Of a stretch of 64,000 nucleotides of DNA, positions 26,601 to 34,316 are shown in pieces. The DNA is from an uncultured Caldilineaceae bacterium (GTDB lineage: Bacteria > Chloroflexota > Anaerolineae > Caldilineales > Caldilineaceae), in assembly GCA_964427845.1 (NCBI GenBank), contig CAYRVP010000003.1, positions 195-64,194 of the forward strand. The letters run 5' to 3'. The notes below the pieces were generated by a model. It had not been told where the DNA came from and searched no databases. It saw only the letters and a list, made by a program, of their open reading frames with translations. The position numbers were made by a program, and so were the translations under genes. How positions within the stretch are numbered: the first letter of the stretch is position 1; each line of letters starts with the position of its first letter.

Positions 26601-26630
26601 GTCGCCCGCGAAGGGCATGCAGCGGAGCAT
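23613..26630 (-). CDS. Multidomain cell-wall hydrolase: M23 (LytM) peptidase + clan GH-A-like TIM-barrel glycosidase + two copies of an unknown ~175-aa module + C-terminal binding-like domain
   Basis: M23: GHEGIDFALPAGTPV ... HLHFGL. GH-A-like: QVANEV (acid/base NE) and AVTEFG (nucleophile E). Pro/Glu/Thr linkers. Duplicated module with LIKDVFTT.(N/D)GSWEP, ADHH, RYWSDGF, GPWCW, FVVWQAV. Start uncertain: ATG 26630 has a GGAG; ATG 26714 is also possible. Confidence 0.75.
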   Translation of the reverse strand: MLRCMPFAGDFPIIRPFGATSSGANAPPRVAGNSTSTGLLGHEGIDFALPAGTPVRAIHEGAVVWAGDAPGFGQAVLIEHVWGQSLYAHLDEVHVRSGEEVDAAQQVGLSGGAGDDDVAHLHFGLRVTPYSGGDGWYGYCDPLPYMTRLQEPRGAIIGPHILGGVHRHLPLLEKWQPRLVVVVDPNPDEMRTLRQTCPEATILGRVYAPDGEISDRIQSDARAAAQWAHERVLAHLSPHVDFWQVANEVHQATADLPMLNDFELARMGHAETAGYRCALFGFAVGNPDLPSADRMGAWRLLYPALARAERNGHCVAVHQYAAPDLTRPTIDWHIHRLEHQVLRRIPYKKLQFAVTEFGLDGLLQGPDPAGWKSLSTAPAYVDGLLRAGRYLERFSGRVLGYAVYSLGVTGPWASYDIDGEVAGMLADRSEQGTWAQVNTESGGLDAAESDRLTGPGGTEPTPPPAEPTEPAEPAEPAEPPAPPTPVLERRISPWFATYNMAVKSIAERADNPPAQDGLLFLIKDVFTTLNGSWEPNDQPGSIPQWARDSYLRAEFSEAEADHHAFGAVLGLDGELMDGHSMRYWSDGFGALANPDYDGFVDLPVEAHSRWANLVLFSGSSFVPERGESGPWCWMPPGRAEVMTGGGLPANHHVSTFVVWQAVPAEIGEEPPVEPPVVPPVEPPVVPPVAPTPPTSEILRRLGSWIEYLKPSIKRIDERPDRPSGSVAYLIKDVFTTRDGSWEPSDKMGSVDGWAREAYLKPWGAPDYFDDAGADHHIFACVLGLDGKPIPDFGIRYWSDGFAQLGNSAYQGYVSRRTKTQSGWANIPMDGGANYFPESGQQGPWCWTPDGAAEVFCGGGMPSNNHVSFFVVWQAVEQVVNPPLPGDQNVFLPWVAGPSQELPLPPVIPPEEGGPAAPEPTAPPPTVPQQPASNDPVLRTLREDAWLRVGIESSHETVLAAYARAVALGLPVTHEFVSGEFTAQGFAGGIVFSRTDRPEEITHIAW

Positions 26631-26827
26631 TCGATGGGCTCCAGGGCTGGGTTCCGCAGGTGCGGCAGGGTTGTGTTTGGCGCGCGGCGGGCCGGGCGGC
26701 CCGCCTGTGGACATGATAGTGCAATCGCCCGCACCAGGCAACCGTCGCTCGACGGCACAAAGACGGCGAGGCTCCGGTTGTGGAGGCCTCGCCGAACTGC
26801 CTGTCTCAACTTTGCCGGCGCGTGCGG

Positions 26828-27553
26828 CTAGCGCTTGCCGGACCTGCTGCCCGCGGGGCGCTGCTGTTCCGAAGGCCTGGCGGCAGGCGCCGTCGTCTTG
26901 TCTTCCACAGGATGCGCGGCCTTGAAGACGTAGGCCGCAACTGCGCCGGCGGCCAACTGCGCCACAAGAAACAGCCAAATGCCGGACCAGGTGGTGAGTC
27001 CCATCACCGAGATGCCAAATGCCACAGCCGGGTTGAAGGCGCCGCCCGTGATGGAGCCAAATGCGTAAGCCATCGCCATCACGGCCATGCCGATTGCCCA
27101 ACCATAGAAGGAGTTGCCTTCAGTCGCGCGCGCAGTGGCCACATTCAGCACTGTGAATGTCAGCGCAAAGGTGCCGATGAATTCAGCCAGCAGCGCCGGC
27201 AGAATGCGCGTGTTGACATCAATTGCGCTGATTGCGAGCGCGGCGCCCGCGGCCTGCGCCATGGCGCCCTTGATATAGAGTACGATGAAGCTCGCCACAA
27301 TGCCCGCCACAATCTGCACCGCCCAGTAGATGAGCATGTCATTGAGCGTTGACTTGCCGCGCAGGTAGACCGCGAGCGAGACGGCCGGGTTGTAGTGGCC
27401 ACCCGATACGTGGCCGCCGGCAAATATCATCACCGCCAACACGGTGCCGATGGCCAGTGGCGCCATGACGCCTGCACCGCCCGGCTCAATGACAACCATG
27501 CCAATCGTCATGACGAGAAAGAATGTGCCGATTGCCTCGTAAACGTACTTCAT
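26828..27553 (-). CDS. MIP-family channel (aquaporin/glycerol facilitator)
   Basis: Two NPA boxes (HYNPAVS, AFNPAVAFG), six TM segments, AGGAG 7 nt before the ATG. Confidence 0.9.
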   Translation of the reverse strand: MKYVYEAIGTFFLVMTIGMVVIEPGGAGVMAPLAIGTVLAVMIFAGGHVSGGHYNPAVSLAVYLRGKSTLNDMLIYWAVQIVAGIVASFIVLYIKGAMAQAAGAALAISAIDVNTRILPALLAEFIGTFALTFTVLNVATARATEGNSFYGWAIGMAVMAMAYAFGSITGGAFNPAVAFGISVMGLTTWSGIWLFLVAQLAAGAVAAYVFKAAHPVEDKTTAPAARPSEQQRPAGSRSGKR

Positions 27554-28005
27554 GGTGCGCTCCTGTAATATGGGTGGACGAACGGCTCAACCGTCACGCA
27601 AAGACAGCGCGCCTACGGCAGCACCACAACCGGTCCGCGCACCGCAATGAAGTCGCACCCGCTTCTGCAGGCGCCATTTCAATGATGCAAGGTGTATCGC
27701 CGTTGCAGCCATACCTGGCTGGAACGGCCGTAAAGGTCATGAGTGAAGGGTTTGCGCTGTGCCGGCGCAATGCGCCGACGAGCGTAGTCTACTCGATTGC
27801 ACGGCTGGCATACAAACGGAGTATTAGTGAATTGATGGCTGGCCGTCGAAGCGCACCTCGAGAGCTACGCTCGCAGCACCACGCGTTCCAGATCATCGCG
27901 TAATGAGCGGTCCGGCAGCGCGCATGTACAGGTACAGGGCAATGCGAATGGTGGGGATCAGGCAGTCGGCAAAGCGAATTGGTGCGGGGCTTCGCCGCAA
28001 ACACG

Positions 28006-28044
28006 CAACGCGCCACGCCTGCAGTGCGCAGGCGTGGCGCGTTG
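28006..28044 (-). terminator. Terminator-like hairpin after the ABC exporter operon (17-bp perfect stem)
   Basis: CAACGCGCCACGCCTGC / GCAGGCGTGGCGCGTTG with a 5-nt loop, followed on the minus strand by CGTGTTTG. Confidence 0.6.
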
Positions 28045-28065
28045 CCACAAAAGTCCTCCCGATTC

Positions 28066-29922
28066 CTAGTCCGCCGCCTGCATCTCCACGTCAGTCTGCT
28101 GGGCGCCGCGCGGCGCGTCGGCCCAGGGGTTGGCCGCCTGCTCCTTCTCCTGACGGAACTGGCGTGTGTACAGGCGATAGTAGTGGCCGCGCTGGTGCAG
28201 CAACTGGCTGTGCGTGCCCATTTCTGCAATGCGCCCGTTCTCAATCACCAGAATCCGGTCGGCATTGCGAATTGTGCTCAGGCGGTGCGCGATTACAAAC
28301 GACGTGCACTGATCCATCAGTGTCTCCATGCCCTGCTGGATCAGCGTCTCCGTCATCGTGTCGACGCTGCTTGTGGCCTCGTCCATGATGAAGATGTCGG
28401 GCCGTGCGAGTACGGCACGCGCCAGGCTGATCAATTGCTTCTGCCCGGTCGAGAGCAGCACTCCCCCTTCGCCCACAGGCTCCTCGTAGCCATTCTCAAG
28501 CATTGCGATGAAGGGGTGCGCGCCGGCCGCTCGCGCCGCCTCCTCCACCTCGTAGTCACTCGCTTCCAGCCGCCCATAGCGGATGTTCTCGCGCAGGCTG
28601 CCGCTGAAGAGATAGGGTGTTTGCAGCACCACACCAATGCGCGACTGCACTGCGTGCTGCGTCATGTCGGTGTAATCCATACCGCCAATCGTGATGCGCC
28701 CTTCCAGGGGCTCGAAGAAGCGACAAAGCAGGTTGACAATCGTGCTCTTGCCTCCGCCCGTCGGCCCCACCAGCGCAATCATCTCGCCCGGCTTGACGGT
28801 CAGCGAGAAGTCGCGCAGCACTTGCTTGCCGTCCTCATAGCCAAAGTCCACCTTGTCGAAGACGATCTCGCCGCGCATCGTGCCAGGATCGTGCGCACCC
28901 GGTTTGTCGATGATGTCGGGCACGGCATCCTCCAGCGAGAAGATGCGCTCGGCCGAAGCCACGGACTGCTGCATTTCGGCGAAGACTCGCGCCATCTGCT
29001 CAATCGGCCAGATCATGAAGAGGACGTAGGAGACGAAGGCCTGGATCGAGCCGACGGACATCGTATTCTGCGCCTCGGTGAGACCGGTGTAGACCACAAT
29101 GCTGCCAATCGCGAACGCGCCAATCAGTTGCACGGCGGGCATGAAGAGCGCCGAGAGCCATGCCGCCTTGTAGCCCGCCCTGTACATTTCGCTTGCCTGG
29201 TGCTCGAACTGCTCCAGGTTTTCCTGTTCGCGGTTGAGCGCCTTGATGACTCGCACACCCGTGATTGTCTCGTTGTAGCGCCCCGTGATCTTCGAGTTGA
29301 TCCTGCGCACCTGCCGGTACTCGGTGATAATGCGCTTCTGGAAGAAGACGGCCACCACGATGATGACCGGGATAATCGTCAGCACAATCAGCGCGAGATG
29401 CCAGTTGATGCGCATCATGAAGATGACGGCCGTGACGATGTTGATGGTGCTCCACGTCAGGTCCAGCAAGCCCCATGTCATGAGCTCGGCCACGCGGTCC
29501 GTGTCCGAAGTCACCCGCGAGATGATCCAGCCGATGGGCGTCTTGTTGAAGTAGGTGAGCGACAATTCCTGCAGGTGATCGAACATGTCGCGCCGCAGGT
29601 CATAGCGCACCCGCTCGCCCAGAATTCCGCAGATATAGATGAAGGCGAAGACCATGAGCGCCTGGAAGAGCGACAGCGCGCCGTAGATCGCGAACGTGCG
29701 CCAGAGTACGCTGGTGTTGCGCGCGATAATTGCGTCATCGACGATGATCATACTCAGGTAGGTGAAGACCGAGTCGAGCACGGAGACAATGGCTACGGCC
29801 CCGACAAAGCCAAACACCCGCCACTTGTATGGTTTCAGCAAGCCCGCAATGCGCTTTAGTGTGTGGCCGCTGAAACGACTTGTGAACTCTTCTTCTTCGT
29901 ACTCAAGCGTGTCCATTGTCAT
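28066..29922 (-). CDS. ABC exporter half-transporter (TMD-NBD), subunit with catalytic Glu but degenerate signature
   Basis: Walker A GPTGGGKST, signature LSTGQKQ (degenerate), Walker B IFIMDEATS. Overlaps the upstream partner gene by 20 nt. Confidence 0.9.
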   Translation of the reverse strand: MTMDTLEYEEEEFTSRFSGHTLKRIAGLLKPYKWRVFGFVGAVAIVSVLDSVFTYLSMIIVDDAIIARNTSVLWRTFAIYGALSLFQALMVFAFIYICGILGERVRYDLRRDMFDHLQELSLTYFNKTPIGWIISRVTSDTDRVAELMTWGLLDLTWSTINIVTAVIFMMRINWHLALIVLTIIPVIIVVAVFFQKRIITEYRQVRRINSKITGRYNETITGVRVIKALNREQENLEQFEHQASEMYRAGYKAAWLSALFMPAVQLIGAFAIGSIVVYTGLTEAQNTMSVGSIQAFVSYVLFMIWPIEQMARVFAEMQQSVASAERIFSLEDAVPDIIDKPGAHDPGTMRGEIVFDKVDFGYEDGKQVLRDFSLTVKPGEMIALVGPTGGGKSTIVNLLCRFFEPLEGRITIGGMDYTDMTQHAVQSRIGVVLQTPYLFSGSLRENIRYGRLEASDYEVEEAARAAGAHPFIAMLENGYEEPVGEGGVLLSTGQKQLISLARAVLARPDIFIMDEATSSVDTMTETLIQQGMETLMDQCTSFVIAHRLSTIRNADRILVIENGRIAEMGTHSQLLHQRGHYYRLYTRQFRQEKEQAANPWADAPRGAQQTDVEMQAAD

Positions 29923-31807
29923 GGTTGCTCCCCCCTTTCCGCTGCGTCTGCAGATGCGGCTGGGGCTCTACAAGCTCCAGCTCAAGTTCTTCTTCAATGC
30001 GCGTCTGCGCTTCGTAGATACGCCGGTACGGACCTGGCTCGACAACTAGGTCGTCATGCGTACCGCGCTGCACCACGCGCCCCTGGTCCAGGACCAGAAT
30101 CTGGTCGGCGTTCATCACGCTTTGAATGCGATGGGCGATAATGAAGGTCGTGCGGCCCTGCATGAGCCGTTCAAGCGCCTCCCTGATCTCGCCCTCGGTC
30201 TCGCTGTCCACCGACGAGGTGGAGTCGTCGAGAATCAGGATACGAGGGTCCTTGAGCAGCGTGCGGGCGATGGCCACGCGCTGCTTCTGCCCGCCCGAAA
30301 GCGTGATGCCCCGCTCGCCCACCATCGTCCGATAGCCCTCGGGCAGATTCTCAAGGATGACATCGTGGATGGAAGCCGCGCGCGCCGCTTCTTCCACTTC
30401 CTCGTCACCTACCGCCCGACCCACGCCATAAACGATGTTGTCGCGCACGCTCATTGAGAAGAGAAAAGGCTCCTGTTCCACAATCCCCACCTGGCTGCGC
30501 AGGAAGGCGCGCGGGTACTCGGTGAGTTCAATGTCATCGAGCGTCAGGCTGCCACCCGTGTACTCGTAAAAGCGCGGCAACAGATTGACGAGCGACGTCT
30601 TGCCCGAGCCCGTTGCACCCAGCAGTGCAATGCTCTGTCCCGGCTTGGCATCAAGGCTGATGCCGTTGAGCACCGCCTTGTCGCCGCTGGGATAGGTGAA
30701 GGTGACATCCTCGAAGCGGATGTGTCCATCCACCTGCAGCGGCTGCCCGTCAGCGCGCACGGTCGCCACGCTACCTTCGTTCACCGGCTCGCGCTCCTGC
30801 TCAATCACCTCGGCAATGCGACCGATTGAGACGAAGGACTCGGACATCTGGACTATCAGGCGGCCCAGATTGCGCAGCGGCCAGATAATGTATTGCACCA
30901 GCCCCGCGTAGGCCGTGTAAGTGCCCACGGAGATGGTGCCGTTGATGGCCATCATTGCTGCCGCGCCATAGCCCAGCAACAACTGCGCTACGCACATGAC
31001 GTCGGTAATCGGCCAGTAGAGGGCGTGCATCATCAGCAGCCGCTTGCCGCGCTGGAACTTCTCCCAGTTCACGTCATTGAATTTTCCACGCTCGAATTCC
31101 TGGCGGGCAAAGGCCTTGACAACCCGCACGCCCGTCAAGTTCTCCTGCAAGCGGCTGGAAACCACCGCCTCCTGGGCCTGATATTCACCGTATGACTTCT
31201 CAATCTTCCTGAAGAAGATCAAGGAGATCACCATGACCACCGGCAGGATGAAGATCGAGAGCCACGCCAGTCGCCAACTCAGCCATGCGATGGCAGCGAA
31301 GTTGACGATAAAGAGCAGGGCAATGCGCCCAGACTCAATGGCCTGATCTGCAAAGAAGCGGCGGATTGTCTCCACATCGCTGGTGGCGCGCTGCAGCAGG
31401 TCGCCCGTTTGCGTCTGGTCGTGATAGCGGAAGGGCAGCCGCTGGATGTGATCGTACAGAAAATTGCGGTTGCGCAAGGCAATGCCTTCGGCCGCCTGCG
31501 CCGCCAGCCTGCGCGCGGTGAAGGTGAAGAAGGCCTGCAGCAGCGCCAACCCCAGGAAGCCAGCGAGGATGCCCCACAGGCTTACAGCCGGTTTGGCCAC
31601 GCCCAGCCAGTTGTCAATGAAGTAGCGCAGCAGCAGAAAGACGCCCGTGTTCGCCAGCGCCGCCATCCCCGTGCTGAACGCAGCCACAGTGTAGATGCCG
31701 CGATAACCCGTCATCAGCAGCCACATGCTTCTGGCGCGATGCGGGCTGATTGTCTTTCTCAAGTCGTAATCCATTGCCTGCGGCAACGGGGCCTTTGTTT
31801 GCAGCAT
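29903..31807 (-). CDS. ABC exporter half-transporter (TMD-NBD), subunit lacking the catalytic Glu
   Basis: Walker A GATGSGKTS, canonical signature LSGGQKQ, Walker B ILILDDSTS (Asp replaces the catalytic Glu). Together with the partner this predicts one degenerate and one consensus ATP site, as in BmrCD/TM287-288-type heterodimers. Start set at ATG 31807. Confidence 0.9.
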   Translation of the reverse strand: MLQTKAPLPQAMDYDLRKTISPHRARSMWLLMTGYRGIYTVAAFSTGMAALANTGVFLLLRYFIDNWLGVAKPAVSLWGILAGFLGLALLQAFFTFTARRLAAQAAEGIALRNRNFLYDHIQRLPFRYHDQTQTGDLLQRATSDVETIRRFFADQAIESGRIALLFIVNFAAIAWLSWRLAWLSIFILPVVMVISLIFFRKIEKSYGEYQAQEAVVSSRLQENLTGVRVVKAFARQEFERGKFNDVNWEKFQRGKRLLMMHALYWPITDVMCVAQLLLGYGAAAMMAINGTISVGTYTAYAGLVQYIIWPLRNLGRLIVQMSESFVSIGRIAEVIEQEREPVNEGSVATVRADGQPLQVDGHIRFEDVTFTYPSGDKAVLNGISLDAKPGQSIALLGATGSGKTSLVNLLPRFYEYTGGSLTLDDIELTEYPRAFLRSQVGIVEQEPFLFSMSVRDNIVYGVGRAVGDEEVEEAARAASIHDVILENLPEGYRTMVGERGITLSGGQKQRVAIARTLLKDPRILILDDSTSSVDSETEGEIREALERLMQGRTTFIIAHRIQSVMNADQILVLDQGRVVQRGTHDDLVVEPGPYRRIYEAQTRIEEELELELVEPQPHLQTQRKGGSNHDNGHA

Positions 31808-31956
31808 TGTTGCATTCCCCTGGTCGTTAACCTGTATTGCTCGCGCTGCGCGCACTACTGCGCTGCCACCTGCGCAAACACAAAAGCGCAGGCTGCCCGC
31901 TGCCAGGCGACCTGCACTTTTCACCGCAGGGAGGCCACAACGGGCCCACCCTACCA

Positions 31957-32000
31957 AAATGAAAAGACCGCAGGCGCCTGGGAAGTGCGCTTGCGGTCTT
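31957..32000 (-). terminator. Intrinsic terminator between the leader ORF and the ABC exporter genes
   Basis: Minus strand: AAGACCGCAAGCGC-loop-GCGCCUGCGGUCUU (14-bp stem, one mismatch) followed by UUCAUUUU. It starts 19 nt after the leader-ORF stop. Confidence 0.75.
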
Positions 32001-32019
32001 GAGCGTCATGTCGACGGCT

Positions 32020-32172
32020 TCAACCGAAAATGGGCGCACCTCTCCCCTGGGCGGCATTGCCACCCGCCGGGCGATCGATGAAGAAGATGATGTTCCACAT
32101 GGACATCTCTTGCGCCTCTCCGTGCTGAATGTCGGTTACGAAACGCTGCTGTGGTGCGCCGAACGTGTTCAT
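32020..32172 (-). CDS. Candidate leader peptide (50 aa, MNTFGAPQQRF...GRGAPIFG; alternative 28-aa start at 32106 with GGAGAG)
   Basis: Located between a TTGACA-18-TATCTT promoter and an intrinsic terminator, upstream of the ABC exporter pair. Coding status not proven. Confidence 0.4.
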   Translation of the reverse strand: MNTFGAPQQRFVTDIQHGEAQEMSMWNIIFFIDRPAGGNAAQGRGAPIFG

Positions 32173-32258
32173 AATCAGTGCGACGCCGGTCCACGTTGCA
32201 ACCGCAGCGTCGTGCGCGCAAGCACTCCCGATGTAGGGGGGCGGTGCCTGACTTGTGT

Positions 32259-32288
32259 AAGATAGCATGCTGAGTGGTGCGCTGTCAA
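32259..32288 (-). promoter_or_regulatory. Promoter TTGACA-18-TATCTT driving the leader region
   Basis: Minus strand: TTGACA (32288..32283), 18-nt spacer, TATCTT (32264..32259). Confidence 0.6.
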
Positions 32289-32464
32289 GCGGCAAATCCA
32301 ACGAATTTCCTACGTTTGGCCTCGCGCCGGCGAGTGTGCTCCGCCCGCAATCGGGCCTTCTCAAGGCGCACCACGGTCATGCAGTGGCTGCGGGCGCCGC
32401 ATGACGAAACAGGGGTGAGCGCGGCGTGCCGCACCCACCCCTGTGGCTCCGTCTCAGCAATCGC

Positions 32465-34138
32465 CTACGCCTGTCTGGGGCGTACGTTGAGTTGCACCCT
32501 GGCGGTGCGGAAGACGCCGTCGGCGTCATACTCCACATCCTGCAGTTCGCCATCGAGACAGAGGTTGCGGCCATCCACTGCGAAGTGTGCGCCCTTGCGC
32601 GCCTCTACCGTGCCGGCGCCTGAGCCGTCACCGAAGGCCTGCGCCAGGTTGTGTGCGACCGCATAGGGGCTAAGCAGCACACGCGTCGAGTTGGCGTTGT
32701 CGCGCGGGTCCAGTTTGTCATACATCCACACGTCGAGCGCAATGACCTGATTGGGGTTGTCATGCAGGACGGGATTCTTGCCACTAACGCCCATGCCGCA
32801 CTCGCCGATGTACTTGCCTGTGGCGGGGTCGGTTATATTGTGCGCCTCGATGTAATCCGGCACGCCGGCGTAGTACTGCAACGTGAATGAGGCAATGGGC
32901 TTGGCTGCGGGCGCAACCACGGGAGCTGAGATGCTGCGTTCGCCTGCCACTGCCACACCAGTAGTGACAATGGTGGACGCCTCGGCGACAGTTCGGGCAA
33001 CAGTGGCGGTTGGCCCTTCGCTGCGTTTCGCGTTGGGTGCGCCTTTGCTTGTTGTGCTCCCCTTCTTGTCACCAGCCGCCCAACTGGGGGGCGTCAGCGC
33101 GTTGATATCCACGGGCGGCGCGTCGGCAGGCACGGGGCCGCCGCCGGGGCCACCCCCGACACGCACGGCGGGGGCTGCAGCTGCAGCCGGCTCATTCCGG
33201 GCTGCGGGCAGATCGGCGGGCACGGCATTGCCGTCGCTTTCATTGTCCGCGTCATCTGCCGAATCGTCATAACTTGAACCGCTGTAGGCGCCAAAGTTCT
33301 CGGCTTCGGCGCGTGCCGACGCATAGCGGGGCGTCTCCGGGGCGTCGTCATCGTCGGCATCCGGCGCGCCCATATCGCCGGATGCATCACTAAAACGGAC
33401 GGCCGGTTCTTCTTCGTCTTCAAAGCTGAGATCATCGTCATCAACTGCGTCGGCGGCGGAACCACTGTCGCCTTTGCCCCACGACGTTGTGCGCGTGGCA
33501 GGCGCCGTGCCGCCGGCAACCGGCTGCAGCGACCCTGGGGCTGCCGGATCCCTCATCGAGTCGGTGAGGTCGCGCGGCGCGCGCAGGCGCATCAGCAGGT
33601 AGAAGCCCGCGCCAATCAGCCCGGCCGAGAGTATCACGGCCAGGATCCAGGTAAAGATGCCCGCGCTGCCTGACTTCTCTGCGGGTGCGACTGCTGCGGC
33701 AGCAAGCGCCGCGGCCGCGTCGGGTTCGGCTGCGGACGCGCCCGGCTCGGCTGCCATCATGGCTGCGTCTACAGCAATGCCCAGGTCCGTCGCCAGCAGC
33801 GCGAGGTTGGCAACCATCACCTCGTCAGGCGTCGACAGGCCGCGATAGTACTCGATGGCATTGGTCAGTGCTTCGTCGGTATTGGCCCCAAAAGGAGCAA
33901 GGCGCGCCTCCATGCGGCGCGTGGCGGCCTGCGTGCCGTCGAAGTGGTACGCCTCCGCAACGGCGCCGACGTAGACCGCTTGCTGGCTGGGCGAAAGATC
34001 GACAATGGCGGCGTTGGTCCAACTTACTGGCCACCAAACCCAACCAATCAGCAGCCCCAGCACGAGCCCAATGATGAGCGCCACAACCAGCGGCACCCAC
34101 GGCAATATGCGTTTGACGGTAGGATTCATTGTGGACAT
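32465..34138 (-). CDS. Hypothetical membrane-anchored protein with long acidic/Ala-rich low-complexity region and C-terminal globular domain
   Basis: N-terminal TM helix (ILPWVPLVVALIIGLVLGLLIGWVWW), a second TM helix (IFTWILAVILSAGLIGAGFYLL), and a D/E/A-rich tract. GGAGGG lies 4 nt before ATG 34138. Confidence 0.6.
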   Translation of the reverse strand: MSTMNPTVKRILPWVPLVVALIIGLVLGLLIGWVWWPVSWTNAAIVDLSPSQQAVYVGAVAEAYHFDGTQAATRRMEARLAPFGANTDEALTNAIEYYRGLSTPDEVMVANLALLATDLGIAVDAAMMAAEPGASAAEPDAAAALAAAAVAPAEKSGSAGIFTWILAVILSAGLIGAGFYLLMRLRAPRDLTDSMRDPAAPGSLQPVAGGTAPATRTTSWGKGDSGSAADAVDDDDLSFEDEEEPAVRFSDASGDMGAPDADDDDAPETPRYASARAEAENFGAYSGSSYDDSADDADNESDGNAVPADLPAARNEPAAAAAPAVRVGGGPGGGPVPADAPPVDINALTPPSWAAGDKKGSTTSKGAPNAKRSEGPTATVARTVAEASTIVTTGVAVAGERSISAPVVAPAAKPIASFTLQYYAGVPDYIEAHNITDPATGKYIGECGMGVSGKNPVLHDNPNQVIALDVWMYDKLDPRDNANSTRVLLSPYAVAHNLAQAFGDGSGAGTVEARKGAHFAVDGRNLCLDGELQDVEYDADGVFRTARVQLNVRPRQA

Positions 34139-34316
34139 CCGGCCCTCCATTCTCTGGATAAACAGCGTTGGTAGCAGCGATGACGACAGAGAAGCAGTTG
34201 CGATAGCGATTGCGGCGATGTTCGGCAGCGCACACGGGCTGCACTGCCGCTGCACATTGATGGTCGGACGGATTCTTGCGGAGAAAGCCGTGACGCACTC
34301 GAGGCGGCCTGCACGC

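Noticed and set aside
23613-26630. M23/glycosidase protein as a prophage endolysin marking a prophage.
   Set aside because: No holin, capsid, tail, integrase or att-like repeats nearby. The neighbours are an aquaporin and a hydrolase.
27979-29859. Very long ORFs antisense to real genes. Examples: 27979..29859 (626 aa), 34005..35555 (516 aa), 12155..13507 (450 aa), 16699..17946 (415 aa), 3954..5156, 5510..6610, 19429..20670, 43933..45306, 54805..56304.
   Set aside because: These are typical shadow ORFs of a high-GC genome. Their translations are Arg/His/Gly/Ala-rich with no motifs, and in every case the opposite strand encodes a protein with clear family signatures.
32173-32364. Longer 114-aa version of the small ORF upstream of the ABC exporter (start at 32364, or MLSYTSQ... 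at 32268).
   Set aside because: The TTGACA-18-TATCTT promoter lies inside this stretch, and the ATG at 32268 sits within the spacer next to the -10 box. A transcript from this promoter therefore cannot encode the longer forms.
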